Source: a virus
Reading direction: 5' to 3' (one strand)
Length of the DNA stretch: 57,802 bases
Virus record (IMG/VR): IMGVR_UViG_3300037483_000699
Location: 1 to 57,802 of that record
The notes under the pieces are model-generated. The model was not told where the DNA came from. It saw nothing but the letters and a program-made list of their open reading frames with translations, and did not search any database. Made by a program: the position numbers and the translations under genes. Below are positions 50,864 through 57,802 of this stretch, piece by piece (within the stretch, counting starts at the first letter, position 1; each line of letters begins with the position of its first letter).

Positions 50864-52090
50864 ATGTACAAAACTCACACCCACTGCCGCGCCTGCGGCG
50901 AACAACTCAACCTCGTCGGCGCCGACTTCGGCATCACCCCGCTCGTAAACGCCTTCCGCAAACCCATCGAGGAACAGGCGGGCTACGCCCCATTGAAGAT
51001 CATGCTCTGCGAGAAGTGCTGGCTGCCTCAATTGTCCGTTGTGGTCAACCCGCACTTGCTCTATGACAACTACCCCTACGCCCACAGCACGACCGAAACC
51101 CTCGTTCGGCATATTGGCATCTTGGCCGAGATTCTTCACACTCACCGTCCTGCACTTGGCCGGGTCTTGGAGGTTGGCAGCAACGACGGGTTGCTTCTTG
51201 AGAAACTGAAGGCGCTGAAAGACGTGGAGGCGGTGGTTGGAATCGACCCAGCAGGAGACCTTGTCAGAATAGCACGCGACCGGGGCGTGCCAACTTTCTG
51301 CGGCTTGTTTGGCCACCCCATCGTCACCTGGATTTCTGATACTCACTTGCCGTTCAACGTCGTGCTGGCACGACACGTGTTTGCCCACATGGACAACTGG
51401 CGCGAGACTTTGTCTTTGATGGATCGGCTGACAACCGAAGACGCCATCGTGGCGATTGAAGTCCAGTACGCGCCCGACCTGTTGGAGCATGTCGAGTGGG
51501 ATCAGGTTTATCACGAACATCTGAGTTACGTCACTTTGACCGGGCTGGACGCGGCTTGCGAGGGCACAGCCTTCCGCATCCAGGACGCCGTGCGGGTGGC
51601 TTACAACGGGGGCAGCGCGGTCATCATTTTAAGGAAGCGCAGTTGGCCGGAGAAGCCAACCGTTGCCGTGCGGACCATGATGAACCTCGAACCACGCAAG
51701 ACGGAGACGTGGTTCGATTTCGAGAACAAGGCCCGGCACGCGATAGCCACTCTCAAGAGCGAGGTGTCATGGCGTAACTTGGGTGGGCAGCTTGTGGCGG
51801 GTTACGGGGCACCGGCCAAATGCACCAATTGGGTTCACGCCTGCGGTTTCACATCGAAGGACCTCCCCTTCGTTGTGGACGCGGCCCCCATGAAGCAGGG
51901 TAAATTGGTGCCCGGGTCCGACATCCCAGTCGTCGGACGCGACGAGATCGAGCGGGTAAAACCCCTCGCCATGGTGCTTTTCGCCTGGAACTTCGAGGAG
52001 GAGATACTGAAAAAGGAGGCGGCCTACATCGGCGGCGGCGGCGTGTTCATAGTTCCCATCCCGACATCTCACACAGTACCGTCTGGCTAA
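50864..52090 (+). CDS. NDP-hexose C-methyltransferase-like protein (TylCIII/TcaB9-type)
   Basis: CRACG..L......G..PLVNAF.......YPL....CEKCWLPQL....P..LY.NYPY.HS, then VLEVGSNDG. Confidence 0.7.
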   Translation: MYKTHTHCRACGEQLNLVGADFGITPLVNAFRKPIEEQAGYAPLKIMLCEKCWLPQLSVVVNPHLLYDNYPYAHSTTETLVRHIGILAEILHTHRPALGRVLEVGSNDGLLLEKLKALKDVEAVVGIDPAGDLVRIARDRGVPTFCGLFGHPIVTWISDTHLPFNVVLARHVFAHMDNWRETLSLMDRLTTEDAIVAIEVQYAPDLLEHVEWDQVYHEHLSYVTLTGLDAACEGTAFRIQDAVRVAYNGGSAVIILRKRSWPEKPTVAVRTMMNLEPRKTETWFDFENKARHAIATLKSEVSWRNLGGQLVAGYGAPAKCTNWVHACGFTSKDLPFVVDAAPMKQGKLVPGSDIPVVGRDEIERVKPLAMVLFAWNFEEEILKKEAAYIGGGGVFIVPIPTSHTVPSG

Positions 52091-52103
52091 ATGACTCACC
52101 TGC

Positions 52104-52132
52104 TTGCAAAAACGGCCCGAACGGCTTAGAAG
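52104..52132 (+). promoter_or_regulatory. Candidate promoter (leaderless geometry) of the portal gene
   Basis: TTGCAA-17 nt-TAGAAG-5 nt-ATG(52138). Confidence 0.45.
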
Positions 52133-52137
52133 ACACC

Positions 52138-54546
52138 ATGAAGTTCACGACCGCACAAGCCATCGAGCAGGTCTGCTACCAGATGCGTCTGGGCGATTAC
52201 CTGCGTGGCCAGGATAGAGGAAGGATTCTTTCCCTCGCCAATGGCACGCCGCCCTACACCGCCGAGGAGGCTGAGCGTAACAAGAAAAACGTCAACTTCA
52301 ATGACCTGACACTGACTCGCATCACGCACGACGCCCGCCTCCAGGTCTATCAGGCGTTCTTCAAGCCGGGCGCGTTCTTCCGGGCGAACACCGACATGGG
52401 CGCAGTTCAGAAACGCCAGGAGCGAAGCACCATCGTCACGACCCAGATTGCCCGCATCATGAAGCGGTCCAACCCGTACTTCGAGTGCCAGCGGGCGAAG
52501 TTCGGCCAGATGATCCTCCACGGCATCGGGCCGGGCACTTGGGAAGACGGAGACCGCTGGTGCCCCATCCCGATTGACATTGCCGACGTGCTGCTTCCTG
52601 CCAATACCCTGCTGACCATGCGGAATCTGCCGTTCTTCGCCATCTGGCGCGGCTACACCGCCAACGAACTCCAGAAGCTCACGCGGATTGCCCGACTGGA
52701 CAAGGCGCGGAACCCCGGCTGGAACCTGCCGGTAGTGGACCGGGCGATTGCCTGGGCGGACAAGGAAACTGCGAAGCTCAACGGCAGCGGGACACCGAAT
52801 GACTACTGGGTGCCCGAGAAGATGGTCGAGCGCCTCAAGCAGGACGGTGGCATCTACGCCAGCGACCGCGCCGCGACGATTTCCTGCTGGGATTTCTATT
52901 TCTTGGACGATGCCGGCCGCCGCGAAGGCTTGCGGCGCCGGATCGTGTTCGACGCCTACGGTGGGGCAGGTGCCTGGGATGGCCCGAACGGCTACAACGG
53001 CAAATCCATGCCGAGCAAGAACCTGATCGAAGATCCGAAGTCCGACTTCCTGTTCAGCTCCGGCAATCGGGTGGTGGCGGACAAGTGGAGCGAGGTGCTG
53101 CACTTCCAGTTCGCTGATCTCTCGGCGAAGTTCCCCGCCATGTACCACTCGACGCGCGGCATCGGGTTCATGCTCTACGCGCCGTGCCACCTCCAGAACC
53201 GGCTGAATTGCGGCTGGGCCGAATCGGTGTTCGAGCAACTGCTGAATTACATGCGGGTGAACTCAGGCGACGAGGCCGAGCGGGCACTGAAGATTGAACT
53301 GATCGACCGCGGTATCATCGACGAGAGTGTTCACTTCCTGAGCCCGGCTGAGCGGTGGCAACCCAACGCCGACCTGATCGGGCTGGGCATGTCCCGCTTC
53401 CGCCAGATCATCAACGAGAACTCGTCCAGCTACATGCAGAATCGGGACCTGAGCCATGACCGCGTCGAGAAAACCAAGTTCCAGGTCATGTCCGAGATTC
53501 AGACGATGCAAACCCTGCTGTCAGCCGGCCTCCAACAGACCTACCGCTACCAGGAAGACGAGTACCGAGAGATTTTCCGGCGTTTCATGCAGAAGAACAG
53601 CAGCGACCCGGACGTGATCGAGTTTCGCGCCCGCGCGCTGATGCGGGGCGTTCCGGAGCGGTTCCTGACGCCCGACGCCTGGGACATCCAAGCCGAGCGC
53701 ATCATGGGCGGTGGTAGCAAGACCCTCGAACTGGCCGCAGCCCAGCAACTCATGGAGTGGAGGTCAGCGTTTGGGCCAGAGGCCCAGCAGCGGATCCTCA
53801 AGAAAGCCACGCTGGCCGTCCTCGACGATGCGGCCGAGACAGAGCTTCTCGTTCCGACAGTCTCGTCAGTGTCGGCTTCGCGGCACGGCGCGGCCGTCGC
53901 CTACGGCTCGCTCATGGCCGGCGCGGTCATCTCCCGGTGGCCGGCGAGCTACAGTCTCATGGAAGTCACCGAAACCCTTTTGGGCGAGCTTGGCCAGAGC
54001 GTCACCACGGCCGCCAAGCAGGGCGGCATGGTGTCAATGGACAAGTTCACCGGCTACCAGAACGTCCTCAAGCACCTGGGCGATCTACTCGCCGAGGTCA
54101 GCAAGGACGACGCGAACCAGGAACGGGCGAAGGAACTCGCCCAAACCAGCGGCAAGATTGCCAACTTGGTCAAGGGCTTTGGCCAGCGCCTCGCCGAGCA
54201 GATGAAGGCCCAGGGCCAGGAAGGTGGGAATGGCGAAATGGAGACCGCGAAAGCCAAGGCCGCGGCGATGGTGATGCAGGCCAAGGTCAAGGCCGAGGTC
54301 ACCAAGGAGAGCCACGCCCAGCGGACCGCTCAGCGGCAAGTCCAGTCCGAGATGGAGATGGACCGAGCGGAACAGAAGCACCAGATGGAGATGCGGCACG
54401 AAGCCGAGCGGATCCGACTGGAGAACGAGGCCCTGGACATCGACACGGCGGCCAGCGTGCGGCGGGATTCCGCCGACGCGGCCGTCCAGCGCCAGATCGC
54501 CAAGAAGAACGCCGAAGAGGCACCCGCCAAAACTGATGCCGAGTAA
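52138..54546 (+). CDS. Portal protein candidate (802 aa) with a C-terminal coiled-coil barrel-like tail
   Basis: Size and its position upstream of scaffold and capsid. K/E/A/Q-rich last ~130 aa. Confidence 0.55.
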   Translation: MKFTTAQAIEQVCYQMRLGDYLRGQDRGRILSLANGTPPYTAEEAERNKKNVNFNDLTLTRITHDARLQVYQAFFKPGAFFRANTDMGAVQKRQERSTIVTTQIARIMKRSNPYFECQRAKFGQMILHGIGPGTWEDGDRWCPIPIDIADVLLPANTLLTMRNLPFFAIWRGYTANELQKLTRIARLDKARNPGWNLPVVDRAIAWADKETAKLNGSGTPNDYWVPEKMVERLKQDGGIYASDRAATISCWDFYFLDDAGRREGLRRRIVFDAYGGAGAWDGPNGYNGKSMPSKNLIEDPKSDFLFSSGNRVVADKWSEVLHFQFADLSAKFPAMYHSTRGIGFMLYAPCHLQNRLNCGWAESVFEQLLNYMRVNSGDEAERALKIELIDRGIIDESVHFLSPAERWQPNADLIGLGMSRFRQIINENSSSYMQNRDLSHDRVEKTKFQVMSEIQTMQTLLSAGLQQTYRYQEDEYREIFRRFMQKNSSDPDVIEFRARALMRGVPERFLTPDAWDIQAERIMGGGSKTLELAAAQQLMEWRSAFGPEAQQRILKKATLAVLDDAAETELLVPTVSSVSASRHGAAVAYGSLMAGAVISRWPASYSLMEVTETLLGELGQSVTTAAKQGGMVSMDKFTGYQNVLKHLGDLLAEVSKDDANQERAKELAQTSGKIANLVKGFGQRLAEQMKAQGQEGGNGEMETAKAKAAAMVMQAKVKAEVTKESHAQRTAQRQVQSEMEMDRAEQKHQMEMRHEAERIRLENEALDIDTAASVRRDSADAAVQRQIAKKNAEEAPAKTDAE

Positions 54547-54549
54547 CCC

Positions 54550-54810
54550 ATGGCTCCTGACATCGACAAGCTGATTCTGGATTTCTCCCGAAGGCACAAT
54601 CTCGCCGTCGAGGAACTGACCGAGCGGCAACTCGCCGCCGCCTTCCGAGCCATCATCCAGTCGGGCGACCTCGTACGCTACGTGTCGGTTGGGCCTGACC
54701 AGCAGACGGTGGTTTATCTTCCTGGCCGGCGTGAGGAAGAACTCAAGACCCGCATCCGCATGCTGGAAGATTTCCTTCGCACCCACAACATCCCAATCCC
54801 ACCATGCTAG
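54550..54810 (+). CDS. Hypothetical head-module protein (86 aa)
   Basis: ORF track. Confidence 0.55.
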   Translation: MAPDIDKLILDFSRRHNLAVEELTERQLAAAFRAIIQSGDLVRYVSVGPDQQTVVYLPGRREEELKTRIRMLEDFLRTHNIPIPPC

Positions 54811-55076
54811 CACCCAAACGTCGTTTCCAATCCGCCTACCCCGAGATCACCAAGGCCATCGCCGATGTGATGGTCAGCGGTGATTTCCAGCAGGCCGCCG
54901 AGTCCGCGTTGCTCGAACTCGTCGCCGAGCTTCCGAACACCACCGACCCGCTCGTTGCCGCCGGCTGCTACCACCGCATCATGGGCGCACGCCAGTACCT
55001 CGAGCAGCTCCTTTCCATCGCCAAACCACCCGGGGTGCCCGGCCGACGCCAGTTGTCTGGCACCCTCAACTATTAA
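54804..55076 (+). CDS. Hypothetical head-module protein (90 aa)
   Basis: ORF track. Confidence 0.55.
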   Translation: MLAPKRRFQSAYPEITKAIADVMVSGDFQQAAESALLELVAELPNTTDPLVAAGCYHRIMGARQYLEQLLSIAKPPGVPGRRQLSGTLNY

Positions 55077-55088
55077 GCCTAAGCCGCT

Positions 55089-55406
55089 ATGACCACCACA
55101 CCAACGACAGACGCTTTTAACAAGAGATTGTGGAAATTCCAAGATACGCACGGAGTACCGCCGCAATTTGCGCTAATCTCAAGGGGGTTCGCGCTGAAAT
55201 GGCTTTCCGAAATACGGCGTTGGGAGGCCAACTTGAGAAAAGCGCGCCGTCCCGGCATTCCACCTTCTGAACTCACACCAGCATTCACCGGGAATGAACG
55301 CTCTTTCCCATATACGATCTCACCGTCCAAGGGCACTTGGTTTCGGCTCTTCAAGAAAGCACCGAGAGTTATTTCTGCCGCAACAAAACTCAACCACGAA
55401 GCCTAA
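55089..55406 (+). CDS. Hypothetical head-module protein (105 aa)
   Basis: ORF track. Confidence 0.55.
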   Translation: MTTTPTTDAFNKRLWKFQDTHGVPPQFALISRGFALKWLSEIRRWEANLRKARRPGIPPSELTPAFTGNERSFPYTISPSKGTWFRLFKKAPRVISAATKLNHEA

Positions 55407-55408
55407 TC

Positions 55409-56767
55409 ATGGACACACCCTCCGCACCACCCGTTGACACGCTGGGTCCATCCGGCGTCACACCCGCCATACCCTCTCCGGGCCCTGGCGTAGCCAAGAG
55501 CGTCAGCAGCCCAGATACGAAGTCGAAGCTGGCCAGCATGTTCCAGCAGGCCGCCGACAGCCACGCGCCCGGCGTCCGTGCCCCGACGCCAGCCGAGCGG
55601 GGCGCCACGAAGGCACCCGCCAAGCCGGCTGTCCAGTCCAAGAAACCCGCCGTGACGCCTCAGAAGCCGCCAGCCGAGGCGACGGGAACCGAGGACCCCG
55701 AGAACCTGGGCTTTGAACCGGGCGACGAGACTCCTGTAGAGCCCGCAGTGGCACCAGAAGAGGCGCCCGCCCCGGAGACACCCGCCGAGGCTGAAACGCC
55801 TCCCGCCGCGCCCGCCAAGGGCAAGGGGCCGGATCCCTGGAAGCTGGTCAACAGCATCAAGAAGGAGCGGACCGCCCTCCAGCGCGAGGTGACCGAACTC
55901 CGCGCCAAGCAGGCCGACCCGGAACTCGTCACCAACCTGACCAAGCGGGCCGAGACCGCGGAGGCTCGCCTCAAGGAATTGGACGCCGAGATGCACTACG
56001 TTGATTACTCCAAGAGCCAGGAGTTCAAGGAGAAGCACGAAATCCCTTGGGAACGAGCCTGGAAGTCGGCCGGCAAGGTGATCGCCGAACTGTCGGTCAG
56101 TGAGGCCGAAGGGGCGACCCGGCCGGCAACCCTACAGGACCTCGTCAAACTGGCCAACATGCCACTCCAGGAGGCCCACCGGGCCGCCGTCGAGATGTTT
56201 GGCGACCTCGCCAGTACCGTCATGCAGCACCGGCAGAAGATCGTTGAGTTGTCCGAGGCCCGGGAAGAGGACTTGGCGACAGCACGCAAGACAGCGGCCG
56301 AGCGCAGCCAGACTCAAACACAAGCCCAGCAACAGCTTCGACAGGAGACTTCCGAACTGTTCCAGCGGTTCAATGACCAGCAAGTCAAGGAGCAGGACTT
56401 CCTCCGCCCGCGCGAGGGCGACGACGAGTTCAACGACCGGCTGGAGAAGGCGCGAACCTTCGTCCGCCAGACGATGGCCAGCAATCTCCGGGATCCGAAG
56501 CTGACCAAGGAACAACGCGCCCAGATCATGCAGCGGATGGTGACCGTCCAGAACCGGGCGATTGGCTTCTCGGCCCTCCGGCTGGAGAACAAGCGGCTCA
56601 AGGCTGAACTGGCCAAGAAGAACGGTGCCTTGGCGGACTTCAGGGGCTCCGAACCCGGTAACGGCCAGGGCGCGAAGCAGCCGGCCGGCGCCGTCGTGTC
56701 CGATCCGACCCAACGGCTGCACTCCGCGATCCGACAGGCGGCCGACACGGTCAATTACAGGCCGTAG
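55409..56767 (+). CDS. Scaffolding protein candidate (452 aa)
   Basis: ATG 55409 within ORF 55337-56767. Pro/Ala/Glu-rich N-terminus, then a long coiled coil. Precedes the capsid candidate. Confidence 0.55.
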   Translation: MDTPSAPPVDTLGPSGVTPAIPSPGPGVAKSVSSPDTKSKLASMFQQAADSHAPGVRAPTPAERGATKAPAKPAVQSKKPAVTPQKPPAEATGTEDPENLGFEPGDETPVEPAVAPEEAPAPETPAEAETPPAAPAKGKGPDPWKLVNSIKKERTALQREVTELRAKQADPELVTNLTKRAETAEARLKELDAEMHYVDYSKSQEFKEKHEIPWERAWKSAGKVIAELSVSEAEGATRPATLQDLVKLANMPLQEAHRAAVEMFGDLASTVMQHRQKIVELSEAREEDLATARKTAAERSQTQTQAQQQLRQETSELFQRFNDQQVKEQDFLRPREGDDEFNDRLEKARTFVRQTMASNLRDPKLTKEQRAQIMQRMVTVQNRAIGFSALRLENKRLKAELAKKNGALADFRGSEPGNGQGAKQPAGAVVSDPTQRLHSAIRQAADTVNYRP

Positions 56768-56817
56768 GGAGTAGAACCAGGGAAGCGCGCGGTGGTCCTC
56801 GTTGGGGGCCATCGCGC

Positions 56818-56846
56818 TTGACTTTGTACGGATGGAGTGCGAAACG
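56818..56846 (+). promoter_or_regulatory. Candidate promoter in the scaffold-capsid spacer (GAAACG class)
   Basis: TTGACT-17 nt-GAAACG. No start codon follows, so a ~200-nt leader is predicted. Confidence 0.4.
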
Positions 56847-57025
56847 TCCTTTGTCCGGTAACCCGGATTTGCGTCTTGCTGAACGTCACCAGCAACGGGT
56901 AGTGCCCGTTCAATAGCACTGCAAAGCCGTAGTGGCGGAACTTCTAGGCCCGCCCGAACCCGACGGAATCGCTCTCGGCGTGTGCCGGTGAGTTGAGCCT
57001 CGGCAATTTCCAAACGCGGTGAATT

Positions 57026-57039
57026 GCGCGGCAACGCGC
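57026..57039 (+). promoter_or_regulatory. GNRA tetraloop hairpin GCGCG-GCAA-CGCGC, 8 nt upstream of the capsid start codon
   Basis: Read directly. Same design as the minus-strand cassettes. Confidence 0.45.
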
Positions 57040-57047
57040 CAGACATT

Positions 57048-57802
57048 ATGGACTGCGAGTTTCTTAGCTGTAAGGCTTTCACTCAAGTCCTGGTGGACCA
57101 GCAGCCCAACTACGACGAGCTGATCCTCAAGGACATCCGGCCGACGGATTCATGGATCGGCAACGTAGCGACGGGCGTGTTTCCGGCGCACCAAGGCGTT
57201 TCCCGACGGCTCGACCGATTCCACCACGTCTTTCCGAACACGACCAAGGTGTGGAACGCCACGCAGTACGCGTCGTGCATCGGGGAGCCTTGCGACAAGT
57301 CGCGGCACTGCGTTGGAGTGGGCAGCTCGCGGACGGAGTACTACCTGGAGGAGCAGTATTGGCAGACGCCTCTGCTGTGCTTCGACCAGCTCATGCACGT
57401 CACGCACGCGACGGAACAGATGGATTACTGGATCACCGACATTCTCCGGCCGACGACTTCGGCGGTCATGTCGATGTTCCTGCGCAAGCGCGCCCTCCAG
57501 CACGCCGGTTCTCATTTCGTGGTCAACTCGACCATGCCGACGTTCACGTTCAACTGGACGGCGGTGGGCGACGAGGAGTACTTCTTCGACTGCTCGGCGG
57601 ACCCGGACACGGTGTTCAAGCTGGCGCCTCAGCACCTCCAATACCTGTTCCTGCCACTCATGCACATGGGCTACGGTGGAAAGAACCCGTTCAAGGAGAC
57701 GATGACCTTCATCGAGCTTGTCGCCAGCATCGAGACGGCCTGGGAACTGGAGAAGCTCGCCGGCCAGCCCGGTACTGGAGGCACGCCTACCGTGCCCGGC
57801 AA
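57048..57802 (+). CDS. Major capsid protein candidate, N-terminal part (runs off the window and continues at 1-749)
   Basis: Hand translation from ATG 57048 (in-frame stop at 56994) is open to the window end: MDCEFLSCKAFTQVLVDQQPNYDEL... Same frame as 27-749 via the 127-bp overlap. Confidence 0.5.
   Translation, partial: MDCEFLSCKAFTQVLVDQQPNYDELILKDIRPTDSWIGNVATGVFPAHQGVSRRLDRFHHVFPNTTKVWNATQYASCIGEPCDKSRHCVGVGSSRTEYYLEEQYWQTPLLCFDQLMHVTHATEQMDYWITDILRPTTSAVMSMFLRKRALQHAGSHFVVNSTMPTFTFNWTAVGDEEYFFDCSADPDTVFKLAPQHLQYLFLPLMHMGYGGKNPFKETMTFIELVASIETAWELEKLAGQPGTGGTPTVPG
57676..57802. repeat. Exact terminal direct repeat (copy of 1-127)
   Basis: 127/127 identical to the window start. Confidence 0.95.

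Noticed and set aside
57676-57802. The terminal repeat as genuine physical direct terminal repeats (T7-like DTR)
   Set aside because: The repeat lies in the middle of a long ORF, and its length (127) equals a common maximum assembler k-mer. An assembly overlap of a circular or permuted genome is more parsimonious. This is not proven without reads.

Overview
The window is a complete, circularly closed genome of about 57.7 kb from a GC-rich tailed dsDNA phage. Bases 1-127 repeat exactly at 57676-57802, so the ORF running off the right end (57048-) continues into 1-749; this is the capsid candidate. I saw no rRNA, tRNA or CRISPR array.

Layout:
(i) A rightward late super-operon runs 21203 -> junction -> 2833. 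It holds small genes, a GroES-like co-chaperonin, a tail fibre, Ig/FN3 fibre proteins, three ejection-like proteins including a 1409-aa giant, terL, a 10-gene sugar-modification/glycosyltransferase cluster, portal, scaffold, capsid, a holin-like protein plus a lipoprotein, and a strong terminator. Two antisense HNH homing-endonuclease genes sit inside it.
(ii) A leftward early operon runs 9343 -> 3161, with about 21 tiny translationally coupled genes.
(iii) A rightward recombination/replication block runs 9432 -> 16347: an XRE regulator, a Rad52-like annealase, a winged-helix organiser-like protein, and a RusA-like gene whose catalytic motif lies in another reading frame.
(iv) A leftward operon runs 20820 -> 16476, with tetraloop-hairpin intercistronic cassettes and a second XRE regulator at its end.

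I could not recognise an integrase, DNA polymerase, small terminase or endolysin by eye.

Most notable observations:
- the methylated-deoxysugar glycan cluster inside the morphogenesis operon (candidate virion glycosylation system);
- a recurrent -35/N17/-10/N6/start-codon geometry that suggests leaderless first cistrons;
- GNRA/UNCG hairpin cassettes between cistrons;
- the frame-split RusA;
- a 709-bp ORF-free region with twin palindromes and phased iterons;
- a (CPPx)9 stalk in a fibre protein.

All functional calls rest on motifs read by eye and on synteny. No database search was run.
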